Below are positions 49,801 through 63,002 of a DNA stretch of 64,000 bases, piece after piece (positions within the stretch are counted from its first letter, which is position 1; every line of letters starts with the position of its first letter). The DNA is taken from assembly GCA_039545335.1 (NCBI GenBank), contig BCIN01000008.1, forward strand, positions 1,003,528 to 1,067,527, read 5' to 3'. Under the pieces are notes generated by a model. That model did no database searches and was not told where the DNA came from. It saw nothing but the letters and a program-made list of their open reading frames with translations. A program made the position numbers and the translations under genes. This DNA is from Kondoa subrosea (lineage: Eukaryota).

Positions 49801-52800
49801 GACCTTTCAAACCATCCTCCTAGGTCTTCTGGAATGCACGAGATTAGAAGAATTACAAGAAGAGGCTACAACTTATGTCAAAGAGCTGGTTAATTTCATC
49901 TTCCAATCAGAGCTGCGCAAGGAATTGGTCGAAATGGGAGTCGGCAAACAAACGTTACCTTTGGTGTCTGCTCTTCTGGATGCCTTGACGGAAAACCTAG
50001 CAAGTGCGACCGGAAACGATCTCACTCAGGCTTTGGACTTCACCAAAGTATTGATTAATGCTGTTATTGAAGATGCCAACATTTCATCAGATCTGACGCA
50101 TGCTGTTCTACGTCAATTCACAACCAGATTGGCATCAGTATGCTACGAGCATGCCTGGGCCCGCAAAAGTGGAGGTGCAGCTGGACTCCGCTTGTTGGCT
50201 ACAAATATATCGCTTGAGTTCTCAAGTCGCTGGTGCGCAAGTCATGAACTTGAGGTCATGCGAGCTCTTCTCTATATGCTCAAAGATGCACCAGCTGATC
50301 CGCCTGCAAATGTTCAAGACGCATCAGAGACTCTGCTTCATGTGATGCGAAATAGCTACATCGTTGGACCACCAGATCCGAGTGAAGCAGGCTTAGCTCG
50401 ACACAAATACATGATCACTCTTTTGATTGTGGAATTGGCCTCACAAACGGCTATCGTACGAGAAACGACCAAGAAAGCAATAGAAATTATAGCGACAGCG
50501 CTGAATCAACCAATCGCTGAACTTCTTCACGATTCGCGCGATCGTCTCCTCGGGCCCATCTTCCAAAAACCGCTTCGAGCTCTAGCTTTTTCAATGCAAA
50601 TTGGTAATATCGATGCAATCACTTACTGCATTTCGCTCAGTCCACCATTGCTCGACTTCGAAGCCAAGTCAAATGACCAAGCGAACAGCGACAATCCAGC
50701 TGCGGCGTCAAATGCTGCTACTATGGAAACTTCGCTTTCTCGTGTTTTAGTTGAAGCTTTAGGTATTGCAGATGCCGATGACCAAGCATTGGCTGGGCGC
50801 AACAACCAGCAACGAAATGCAAATCTCCTGGTGAAACTTCGTGTGGTCTGCGTCAAAATGCTTTCAGCAGCTATGGCAACTGCAGAATTCAACTTGCCCA
50901 GACAAACGCAGACTCGTATGCGCATTCTGGCGGTATATTTCAAGCTGCTCTATTCCCGTGCTCCTGAAGTGGTCGATGCTTCCTACGATGCTCTGCATCA
51001 AGTCACAAATGGATCATCGAAACTGCCGAAGGAGTTACTCCAATCTGGTCTGCGTCCAGTATTGATGAATCTAGCAGATCACCGGTGAGCCTTTTGCTTT
51101 CATTTGCGATCAGCCTGTACTTATCATCGATCTCAGCAAACTTACTGTACCCAGTTTGGAAGGTTTGGCGAAGCTGTTAGGTCTCTTGACAAGCTACTTT
51201 CGCGTTGAAATTGGTCACAAACTCCTGGATCATTTTAGAGCTATCTCGAATGATCTTTCAGCGCTGACTCACGCTGCTCTCAATCCACAAAACGAGAACA
51301 GTGAGCTCGCGATTTTGGCTGGAGTGGTCAATATCTTCCGCCTTTTACCTCACCCTGCTTCTGCCATCTTCCTGGAGCAACTGTGCACTCTGGTCACTGA
51401 TGTCGAAACATCGCTCAAAAAAGCAGGGCCAACTCAATTTACGACGCCGCTGGCCCTTTACCTTGACCGATATCCCGAAGCAACAGTTGAATTCTTCTTT
51501 GTCAGAATTGTTGACGACTCGGCATACGCTCGCACATTTTATGCTGTACTGGCATCCAAAGAAGCACCAAACCTCAGAGATTATCTAGTAGCAAACGTGA
51601 CCACCATCTTTCCGCCTCTTTTCGGAGAAGATCCAAGACCTCCTCCGACGGCTGATGAATCTCCAAGACGCCCGTGGAGAGCAGCTCTACACGGTGCTGA
51701 ACTTCTGCTGTGCCTCTTGCGCGATAGCCCACCTTGGGTAGCAGAAGAAAAGAATAAGACTTTGTTGGGCGCTCTGTGTCAGCGATGGATATCAAGTATA
51801 CGATTGAGTCGTCTGCAGTCTGAAGGTCAAGACCACCTCGATCAAGTGGCCGAAGACGCAATTCTCTTGGATGTGTTCTTGGCTGTTCTCAAGCAGAAAC
51901 CCGACATTGACCTTCTCTTTCACATGGCTAGCATTTATACCGACAGAAGTTGCTGTGATCACATCAAGTTGTCTCGCTTCTACTTCGAAGATATCTGCGC
52001 AAGTCACGATGTGCCAATGAAACGTCGTATCCTTGAACGCTGGGTCGAACTGATCGAAGTAAGCAGCATCTCAGCTGATCACAAAGCTGCTGCTCTCCAG
52101 CATTTCATCAACCCGATGCTGGATCTCTCTTTCTCTCGCGGTCAAGCGGAAATAGCTCTTCTCGACAGCGTCTATATCGATCGCTTACACTCTAAATTGT
52201 GGCAGCCAGCATTAAGTCCCGAGTGGCGAAGCGCTTGGCTGAACTCGGAATGCCTGAAGATAGAACTATTACGCATGACTACACTGATTGTGTCCAACCG
52301 ACCCAAGTTGATTGCTGATCGCCGTAAAGATGTCATCAAATTTGGATGGCTCAACAACAGCGATCACGATACAACCGTCTCGCAAGCTGCTTTTGCTCTG
52401 ATTGCGGCATTCCTCACGCGCTACGAATCACCTGCGAAATTCGTTATTCATGTCTATTGCAATTTGCTGAAGGCTCATACAACGGAGGCTAGATCACTTG
52501 TCAAAGACGCACTTGATGAGCTTGCAACAGCACTTCCTATTCGTGGATCTTATTCCGCTGACTTGAATCCCCCCACCTGGGTCAAAACAACGCGTCAAGT
52601 CCTGATGGAAGACGGTCATAACAACGTATCTCAGCTGACACATATCTACTCTTTCATCGTCAGGCACCCCGATCTCTTCTTTCCGCGTAGGGACCTCTTC
52701 ATACCACACATCACCGGCAGTATGCCAAAACTGGTACTCTCTAATAGTGCATCTCACGAGACGCGAAATCTGGCAGCCGATCTATACGCTACTCTGTTAT

Positions 52801-55800
52801 CCTGGGAAGGTCAAAGGTCCGTATTGCAGAAGGAGGAAGACAGCAAGATGGAAACAGAGAACCCGGATGAAGCCAGAAGACGAACGCGAGCTGATCGATC
52901 AGGTTCGGCTGCAGCTTCCAGCACTGTCTCGTCTTCACAGACATATAGCATACCTTTGCCAATGCGGGAAAATCTGTTGACTTTCTTGATCAAAGCCGTC
53001 ATCTCTTCTAGCGATTATACTATGCCAAGAGATCCAGCAAACCGAGAAGTGGCAGTCAAAGACTACAATCAGCGAAAACAGTTTGTGGATCGCAGTATGG
53101 CTTTATTGAAGCAATTCCTAGCGCCTGAAGTTTGGTCAGACATCAATATCAAGCTTCCACCTTTCCAAATGCCTTTGATTCGCAGTGAGCTGAACGAGCT
53201 GACCCTTCCTGCGTTCATCAGCGCACTCGAAATCCTCAAAATGGTGGTTTCCTTCAAATCAGATGAATGGGTTCTGGCCAATATCATACCTTTGCAAAAG
53301 CTCTTGGAGAAAACGGTCCTGGCAAAGGAAAGCGAAGCTCACCGATGCATTGCACCATTGCTTGAGCGAATGTTTTCGGTCTTTCCAAATAGCCAGCAGG
53401 CAGCATCTGAAGGTCAAGAAGAAGCAGAGGGAACTTCAGCTTTGCCGTCTCAGTTGTCAAACGAGGGGAATGCTCTCTTTTCGTGGGCTAATTCAACAAT
53501 AGAAGAAGGTCTGCGAGGCGGTGGGACTGGCCTACAAGGATCTATTCTTTTGCTGCAGTCTATGACCGGGTCGCATCCAAATCGATTGGAACCTTTCTTC
53601 GTTCCACTTGGCAGAGTTCTTACCAGACTATTGAAAGAGCATCTCGGCGGGACTACAACTGAAGCATCTTCGCCAGAAACATGCAGAGTACTGCTGGAAG
53701 ATATTATTCGATTACTGCGTTTGCGGGTCGCTGATCTCGGAGAACAGCGCCGTTGGTATTTAAGCTCATTGATACAGATCGTCGAGAAATCTCCTTCCAT
53801 ACGCCTCTGCCGAACAGTTCTGGAAGTTGTCAGACATTGGATCTTGGTGGATCGAACTTTGGCACATCCTATGCCAAGAGAAAAGGCTACCATTCTCAGC
53901 AAGATGATGTCATTTGAACGCAGAGAAGATCAAACGCTCTATCAAGATTTCCTCACTTTGATCTTCGACATTTATAGTGATCCGACATTTGCTCGAAGCG
54001 AATTAACAGTGCGACTTGAACAAGCTTTCTTGCTAGGCTGCCGTGATCGCGATCCGGTTGTTCGTGGTCGCTTTCTTGAACTGTTTGACCGCAGCATTTC
54101 AAGTTCTCTGTATGCTCGCTTGCATTACATTGTCGGAGTTCAGTCTTGGGAAGCATTAGGCGAAACAATTTGGGTTCATCAGGCTCTAGACCTGCTACTT
54201 GGAGCAGCGGACCAAGAGCGTGCCCTTTTCACACCGTCCCAGCGCTTCAGTGCCAATCCTGCTTCAACTTCAGCTTCATCTTTCCTAGAAGAATTGGCTC
54301 GTGGCAAAAGTCGGGCTCTTCTAAATGCCACTCGCAAGCTGGTCTATGCCGATGCGAACACAACGCAGATTATTTGGACTGCCGCCTTCAAGTCTGCTTG
54401 GAGCTGTCTCAATCGCAAAGAACAACATGACATTAATCGCTACATGATCGTATTGCTGTCCAAGGAATATCATCTCGGTGCTGTTGATCGCAGACCTAAT
54501 AACATACAAATGCTATTGGCGGGCTTGCTCGCTTGCACACCTTCACCTTCGGTACCGCCACATCTAGTGCGTTATCTTGGAAGAACCTTCAATGCCTGGC
54601 ATATATCAGCCGAGTTGTTGCAAGAAGCCGTAGCCGAATATCGCGAAGAACAGCCTCATATTCAAGAGAGTACTTTGGATGCTTTAGCTGAATTGTACTC
54701 CGATCTGAGCGAAGATGATTTGTTTTATGGCCTATGGCGCCGTCGCTGTAAGTTCATATCCTGTAATGCTCTGGCGTAAGCTGATTCGAGTAGCATTCTA
54801 TCCTGAAACCAATATTGCCATCTCTTTCGAGCAAGCTGGCATGTGGGCTCAAGCGCAACAAATGTACGAAGCCGCACAAATTAAAGCCAGAACAGGGGTC
54901 ATGCCATTCACTGAATCCGAGTATGCTGTTTGGGAAGACCATTGGGTTACTTGTGCCATGAAGTTGCAACAGGTGAGTTCATCCTCTGGCTTCACTCTTG
55001 CGTTACTGAATTGAAACCGAAGTGGGACATTCTGACGGAACTTGCGAGACATGAAGGCAATTCTGATCTGATGCTCGAGTGCAGCTGGCGGCTTGGTGAC
55101 TGGTTCGCCGATCGCGACAAAGTTGAAGAAACAATCGGACATCTTGCTTCTGTTGCCACCCCTCGACGACGGGTCTTTGAGGCTTACCTCGCTCTTGTCA
55201 AGTCTAATCAGACAGAAGATCGTAAACCATTCATCGAGGCTTGTAATGGCGGTATTGAACTTGCGTTGCGAAAATGGTTCTATTTACCGGAAGTTGTCAG
55301 CGCTGCTCATGTTCCTCTCTTCCAGCTCTTTCAGCAATTTGTGGAATTGCAAGAAGCTGGTTCTATCTTCACCAGCTTGGCTGCTACCAATGCGGGCAAT
55401 TTAGATCAACGATCTGTCGAGCTCAAAAGTATCTTAATCACATGGCGAGAGCGCCTTCCAAATGCCTGGGACGACATCAACATCTGGAGTGACCTGGTCG
55501 CTTGGAGACAGCATGTCTTTGACGCTATCAACAAGTGTTATCTCCCTCTTTTACCTCACGTCCAGCAAGCGCCCAATGGAGCTCCAAACGCCAATTCTCT
55601 GGCTTACAGAGGTTATCACGAAACAGCTTGGATCATCAATCGCTTCGCACATGTAGCTAGGCAGCATCAGCTCAGTGAAGTCTGCATTGGTTCTCTGACA
55701 AAGATCTATACCTTGCCAAACATTGAGATTCAAGAAGCCTTCTTGAAGCTCCGAGAGCAAGCTAAATGTCACTACCAGAACCCTGGAGAACTCACTGCAG

Positions 55801-58681
55801 GTCTAGAAGTCATTAACAATACCAATCTGGCCTACTTTGGCCCTTCACAAAAAGCCGAATTCTACACGCTTAAGGGAATGTTCTTGGCTCGGTTAGGTCT
55901 AAACGAAGAAGCGAATCAAGTTTTCAACTCGGCTGTTTCATTGGACATGGGCTTTGGCAAAGCTTGGGCACATTGGGGTGAATTTCATGATCGCCAATTT
56001 ACAGCCAATCCGCAAGATCTATCTCTTGCTGCAAACGCAGTCGGTTGCTATCTGCATGCTGCAAGTATCTACAAGAGTGCCAAAGTGCGCAAGTTGCTCG
56101 TTCGAATTCTATGGCTTCTCTCTCTTGACGATTCGAATGGCACAATTGCAAAGGCGTTTAATACTTTCAAAGGCGAACCGCCTACCTGGTACTGGGTCAC
56201 CTTCATCCCTCAATTGCTGCTCTCCTTATCTCATCGCGAAGCGCGCTTCGCTAAAGCGATCTTGCAAAAGATTGCGCGGACGTTCCCGCAAGTGAGTTCT
56301 CGCATTCGTTCATATGATTAGTTTGGCCTGAGCTCTCGATTATAGGCGCTTTTCTTCCAGCTTCGTACCAACAAGCAAGAACTCGACAGCGTAAAGGCTC
56401 AGTTCGAAGCCCGGCGGTTAGCTGCAAGTGGCGGGCAAGCTAACAAGGGGAATGGTTCATTGCCCACTACCGATTCATCATCCAGTAAAGATCAGGATGT
56501 AGAGATGGGAACGCAATCATACCCATCAAGCACGGCCAACACTCAGATGCCCGTTCAAGTCATGGGTCCCAATGGACAAATGATAACCATGCCAGCTCCC
56601 AGCAATCAAGCTCAGCCTCAGAACCAGCATAGGCAACCTTGGGAATATGTTGAAGAGATTGGCTCTTTGCTCAAAACCGCTTTCCCGTTATTGGCCCTTA
56701 CTTTGGAAACTATAGCTGATCAGATCTACCAACGCTTCAAGCCTTCAGCTGAAGAAGACGTTTACCGCATGATCTGTGCAATGATAAATGATGCCCTCCA
56801 GGTTCGTCTCGCTGAGCCGTGTCTCAGTTTCAGTTCTCACTTTGTGTCAGCAACACATTGTCCGTAGTCCGGATCACAAGGATAGCGGGGCTTTATCGCC
56901 AGCTACAATTCTCAATGTTCAGAAGTTCGCAGATGGTTTGCCGCATGGCTTGAAGGTTTGCCTTTTGCTATAGCTGAATTCCGCCGGGATTTACAAAACG
57001 AGAATAGGTTCCGTTCACCGAAGACTTCGTCAACAACGTGCCAACCGTAAGACAATATGTACAGCGCCTTCAGCGTTGGCGTAACAAATATGAGCATTTG
57101 ATCGACCGCCGAGTGAAAAAGAACCCGCTCGAATCGACCAGTCATTGGCTAGTCGAATTCCAATATCACAAATTCGATGACATTGAAGTACCGGGGCAAT
57201 ATCTAAGGGTGCGAAGCATTTCGATACCTTATCGTATCCGCTCACGTTCTCATGCTCTCTTCAGAACGAGGATACCGCTCAAAACTTTGTCCGGGTTTCA
57301 CATTTCCATTCTCGATTCGATTATGTACGACAAGGAGCCGGACCTTTCCGTCGCTTGACTATCGTTGGGCACGACGGTAGCATACACCCGTTCGCGATAC
57401 AATTCCCTGCGAACAGGGCGAGTCGAAGAGAGGAAAGAATCGTCCAGTTCTTCAGGCTGCTCAATGGGTATGTAGTGTATTGGCGCTTATTCATAAAGCT
57501 AATTGTTCTTCAGGCCGCTCGCGAAGCACAAAGAATCTCGCAAGCGTAATCTTCAATTTGATCTTCCAGTCGCAATACCCTTTTCACCTACTTTACGGTT
57601 GGTTGAGAATGAAGCCTCTGTGACGACTTTGCAAGATGTGTACGAAACCTACTGCCGTCAACGTGGTATGGACAAAGATGATCCGATCATGGGCTTTGTA
57701 GAAAAGCTGCGCGAGCTTTCTGCAGCACGTGATGGTCTGGTATGTCGCACATCATTCGTAAAGGCAGAAGTCTAAAGCTCTTTATAGGAAGGCAACACAT
57801 TGGATGCGGCAAAATTGGAAGTCTTCCAAGAAATCGTGTCCAAGATCTTCCCAGATGATATTCTCAAGAATGTGAGCTACCTTGATAAGTACCATCTGTG
57901 TAATACTCACTCTTGGTCAGTTCATGGCGCGCTCAATGTCAACGCCTGGTGATCTGTGGCACATGCGAAAGCAAATGACCTCACAATTCGCCTCCTTCAT
58001 CTTCATGACCTACATTTTCTCTATTGGGATGCGACATCCTAGCCGGATTTCGTTTTCCCGGTCCACTGGATCCTTGTATACGACAGACATGCTGCCTAGT
58101 AAGTCTGCCATTGAAGCTTGTCGAATGCTGCTAACATCTTTGCCAGCCTTTGTTGCCGGAAAAGCAGAATTCGGCCATACAGAAAGCGTACCATTCCGCT
58201 TTACGCCAAACTTACAACGATTCTTCGGTGCTATTGGAACAGAAGGCGTTTTGACTAGTGCACTGCTAGCCATCGCTCGAGCTTTGACTGAGATAGAGGT
58301 ATGTTTCGGCTGGCTCTGATAACTCGTATACTAAAGATAACTGGCAGAACGACTTGGAGCATCGGTCAAGCATCTTCGTCCGAGAAGAGATGATCATCTG
58401 TCATCAACTGCTCAAGAAGTCTACTTCAGACAGCTCATTACGAGAAAACACTGTGCATAACGTCAATGCACTAGTACAACGAGCCAATCTTCTAGCATGC
58501 AAGTTGGAACGCGAAAAGGTTAGTTGAACTCATATGTATGCTTATAAGCGTTCTGATCCACGTCTTCTAGACCCCTGTCGGAGGAGTGCCAGCTACTCAA
58601 ACCATCACCGAATTGCTCTCTTCCTCTACGAACCCACAACGTCTCGCTTTGCTTGATCCGCTTCTTTTGCCCTGGCTGTAG
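46821..58681 (+). CDS. TRA1: Transcription-associated protein 1 (TRRAP; SAGA/NuA4 PIKK pseudokinase)
   Basis: [46 protein letters not shown] region ([25 protein letters not shown]), PI3K-like region ([21 protein letters not shown]), FATC ending [12 protein letters not shown]. Confidence 0.96.
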
Positions 58682-58896
58682 TGTGAGATGATCATCAATT
58701 TCAGAGTTCGGCGCTGATCTGAATTGGTTCTTTCAGATGTTTATTGTTGTATATTTTTCAATTACCCAAGGAACTGTACATTGAGTTGTATATATATATC
58801 ATGCATTGTATCTCTTTGACCCCACAAACCATATCATTCGACGATTCTACAAAGCAGCTTGCTACATAGTATGTACACGTGATCGCCCTTACACTA

Positions 58897-60942
58897 CTAT
58901 GCAGTCTCGTTCCACAAGCTCGTGAACCTCTGTTCTGCATCTGGACGTATTTACGTACTGAGCGATCTAATGACTTTATGTGAAGAAGTGTAAACTTACC
59001 CAATCGACAATCGAACCCATACAGAAGTTCCTGTGTATCTCTGATGAAGAAAATTGAGCCAAACACAACAGAATAATCAATGGACTTACTTGTCCACATA
59101 TCTATCTGGATTCTTTCCGCTGGCTTTCGCCTGGCTGAACTTCAAATCACGCTCCGCCTCGAGTAAATGTCAGCGAAGTTTCGTTAAATCTCACTACAAA
59201 GTATTTACCTTGGCTGCTCCTGCACCAAGATGGAGTTCTCTACCGCTGGCGGCGCTTTGCTGCACAAGATCGTCAGCTCGTGGTTTGCGGAGCGTCTGAT
59301 ATATTTTCAGGGCTTTTGAGACATCGGTTTTCGACTTAATCTTCGAGAGCACAACGCCAAGAACAGCTCCGCTGTGTTCATAGTGAGTAAGGTAAGCTTC
59401 GTCTCGACAAGATTGGACAACAGCACAAACTCTTCTACAGCTTGCGCAGCGCCTTGAGCCAGATCTAGAGAACATCGTCAGCGATCATTATGTGGGTCCT
59501 CAATATCTTGCTTGCGAGGCAATGTTGGGTGGCAAGCATCGCCAATCAACGCGACTGTTGAACGATAGATTGAGTAAATAGCGACTTGACGAGATCGAAT
59601 AATTGATGTACCATTATTATAAGACCACTGCGGCACTGGCTTGTGCACTTTTAGAGCCCACTCTAGGATATTGCCGTCTGGAGCCATGTTCAAAAGCTTC
59701 TGGACCTGTCCAATAAAGAATACATTCAAACTCTGTACCTGAAAAACGCGGAACAGCGGAATACCTTAGGGGATTTGAAGTCCTTAAAAACATGCAGCAT
59801 CTCTTCCTTACTTCCTGAGGAGGTCCATGCTGCGGAAGGCCCAGCTGCAAAATTTGTGTCCGGATGAGCAGAGACGATATTGTATATCCTTTTTTTTCTT
59901 TTTTTCAGTTCATATCATGCGAAATCTCTGCGGATCTCACCGATGTTGAGAGATAGGATAAGCAATTATGTGTCTTGGAAGAGAGTATGAGTTCCGCAGA
60001 CGAGAAGAAGGACGATCAAATACCTCTTTTCGCCGATCCAGCGATGGGAAACCGGATTTTCAATCAGCTCCATCAGTTCAGGATCGTCCAGACATTGTTC
60101 TCGCTTGATTAGAATGCGGTACGCTGCTTGGCCAGTTTCAATTGCTGCAGAGACGTTCAGAAGATCACTCAAATGGGAAGAAATAGAGCGAGTCCTACAG
60201 CCGTCTTCTCCTCCAGTCAGTTCTAGTATTTTCGTGCGTACGAACGACTTGACTCCGTCCGCAGCTAGAATCACATCAGCGTCAATCCATTCTCCTTCTG
60301 ATGAAGCCTGTGTGAATGGGCGAATCTTCACGCGAGTAGATTCGAAATCAATCTCGGTAGCAAGGGAATTGACTATAGTCTTGACATCAGCTCGATTGCA
60401 GCCGGTATATAGCGCTCGGTGCAGTGCAGCTCTATGTGCAACCTGAGAGAGAGGAAAATGAGTTCAGTCTGAAGCGAAAGAAGAGCAAAGAAGAGCATGA
60501 AAGAGCAAAGAGAGCATGACTTACAAGATAAGGGTAGCCAAATCGTTTCTCAGTCTCCGTGACATCTACAGAGGAAAGAATAGTATCGTTTTCGGCATCG
60601 ACTATTCGTGCTTCTTTCAAGGCAACGCCCTCTTTCAATGCGATGTCCAGGACACCCCATCGATCGAGCATTCGTCCCAAATTGGGTCCAATATTGATGC
60701 CTGCCCCATAAACATACGGTAAGCTGGAGAAAGAAAGGCAAGCATGGTTGCTTGAGATACCAGCTCCAACTTCGCCCAACGCCGGAGCTGATTCGTAGAC
60801 AGTGACATCCTTCATTCCTTCAGTTGCGCAAGCCAAGGCAGCTGCCAGGCCGCCCATTCCTTCCATACTAGATGAGTCGATTGATTCTAATTCAGTATTT
60901 AGACTTACCTGCTCCAATGATCACTACTTTGAGATCTGTCAT
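58897..60942 (-). CDS. FAD-dependent monooxygenase (salicylate hydroxylase-like, group A)
   Basis: MTDLKVVIIGA|GMGGLAAA (GxGxxG), EVGAG|INIGPN, ADVILAADGVKS, ALIGDACHPTLP, AQGAAQAV. Confidence 0.9.
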
Positions 60943-60963
60943 GTTGTACTGCTTGTTGATGCT

Positions 60964-60996
60964 GGACAGGCAGATGTGTCACATTGCTGCCTGTCC
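60964..60996. promoter_or_regulatory. Inverted repeat / stem-loop about 22 nt upstream of the monooxygenase ATG
   Basis: ggacaggcag (60964-60973) is the exact reverse complement of ctgcctgtcc (60987-60996); the inner atgt/acat also pairs. Confidence 0.5.
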
Positions 60997-61005
60997 CAGG
61001 CTATG

Positions 61006-61029
61006 GGTAAATAATCGGTAAATAATCGG
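61006..61029. promoter_or_regulatory. 11-bp direct repeat forming CGG-N8-CGG (candidate Zn2Cys6 site) in the divergent promoter
   Basis: ggtaaataatc-ggtaaataatc-gg between the divergent monooxygenase and carrier genes. Confidence 0.4.
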
Positions 61030-61267
61030 CCAATTTTCTCTCGTCCGAAGCCAATTCCCCAGTCTCTGTCTTTTCGTGCTTTACTATCCCAGTATATCTT
61101 TGTCGAACGGCCGATTCATCTTCAAAAGCCAAGGATTGGCCGAAGAAGAGTCTGCTGCAATTCTTGCTCCTCCAAACCTATTCACGTGGGCTTTGGTGTG
61201 GACCTGAAATCTCAAGCAACGCTCTGTATTTGTAGCGGATCAAGAATAGTGCAAGGCCTTTACCGAT

Positions 61268-62662
61268 ATGACAAGTTCTGCCTATCCCTTCTGGCTTGGG
61301 TGAGTGATATGCGTTTAACGTCTAAGCTGTTGATATTGATTCGCTTGCAGTGGCCTGTCAGCTTCTATGGCTTCATGCATCAGTCAGTCCGACCAGTAAG
61401 TTCGTGAAGCGAGCTGACATCTTCTTCAGCTCATCCAGCGGATCAAACAAAATATCGTATGCAAGTGATGGAAACTCGAACTTCAATGGGCAAAGCACTT
61501 AAACATTTTGCAACTCGAGATGGTTCGTAGCATCGAGCAATTGGTTTGACTTGCCATGCTAATCTATACTCTTCTCGCAGGTATACCTAGTCTATGGACA
61601 GGCGTTTCGGCTTCTATCCTTCGTCAATCTACCTATTCTACTGCTCGTTTCGCTCTTTATGGCTGGGCAATATCACAAGCTACTCGCAAAGGAGATGCCA
61701 AAGTACCTTTTGGAACAGTAGTGTTGTGTGCTGGAGCAGCGGGTGCGGCAGCAGGTCTTATTGGTAATCCTTGCGAGGTGAACTCAATACATCTGTTATA
61801 TGAAGAAGCGCTCATAGAAAGGTTCGATACTAGGTCGTGCTCGTGCGGATGTGTGCAGATGGAGCGAAACCGGCAACAGCTCAATACAAATACTCAAACG
61901 CTTTTGATGGCCTGTACAAAGTTTTGAGTCGAGAAGGTTTGGCCGCAATGTATCGTGGATTGCTGCCTAATGTCGTGAGGAGCGCATTGATGAGTAAATC
62001 TTCCCTGTGACACCCATGCGAGACACTGCTCATTTTGCCTTCAGATGTCTCTCAAATCGCTACTTATCAAGTAAGACGATCGCTTGAAAGCGGTATACAG
62101 GTCTTTGATTCAGCTTTGTGTGCTTCTCAGGTATCGAAAAGTCTCATCCTTAAACACGTTGCATCGAAAGATGGAGTTCCAGTCCATCTAGGAGCTAGCA
62201 TTCTGTCTGGAACAGTTGCTACTACCGTGTGCGCACCAGCAGATGTGCTCAAGTCAAGAATCCAGTCGGCTTCTGGTAATCAGGTAAGTTTGTGCCTTCA
62301 TACGCAGACTCAAGTTGACTTTCATCAAAGGGGATCATGGATGTGATACGAACATCTCTGAAAGCGGAGGGACCTGGTTTCCTCTTCCGAGGTTGGGTGC
62401 CAGCTTGGCTGAGATTGGGGTAAGTTTTGTTTGACTAGCGCCCTCAATACGAAATCTGACATGATTTTATAGACCAAACACTGTCTTGATGTTCGTCTTC
62501 ATGGAACAGCTTCAAAAGGGTGTAGAGTCAGTCTTCTCTATCTCTGGCCTGATACTGGTTATGACTAATACCTGTTCCAGTCTTTGGCGCAATCGACAAA
62601 TGCAGACTGCTATTGTTCCTGCAAGGGTGGATTCTATTCAGGAGAAGAAGGTGATGGCATAA
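61268..62662 (+). CDS. DIC1: Mitochondrial dicarboxylate carrier (SLC25 family)
   Basis: YPFWLG|G, HPADQTKYRMQ, GVSASILRQSTYSTARF, GNPCE|VVLVRMCAD, CAPADVLKSRIQ, GWVPAWLRLG|PNTVLMF. Confidence 0.8.
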
Positions 62663-63002
62663 TAGGGCATTGGATCTGTGGTTGTCATTTTATACACTTT
62701 GTACTGCTGTACTTGGGCTTGTCGATAGTTGTGCATAACATGATTTCTATGCACATCGGCCAAAGATTTCACGTTTGTACTGAGCCTCGCCATGACAAGA
62801 AACAAATAGCAGGAAGTCAGCTGATCGAAAGAAGTAGGAGGGAATCAATGAATTAGAGAAAAGGAGATAACTAGATTTGGTCAAGAATAGCGCATTGAAG
62901 TGTGTCAACCAAGTCAAATAAAATTTCAACAAACTATCATTTCAAGCAAGCAAACATACTGATACAAACACCGCTCTCTTTCCCCTGAATCAGAAGAACA
63001 GC

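Noticed and set aside
46821..58681. Numerous antisense and alternative-frame ORFs over TRA1 and other long genes
   Set aside because: Shadow ORFs expected from codon bias; no independent coding signal.
59890..59907. Poly-T tract
   Set aside because: Lies inside an intron of the monooxygenase, with no associated retroelement or TSD.
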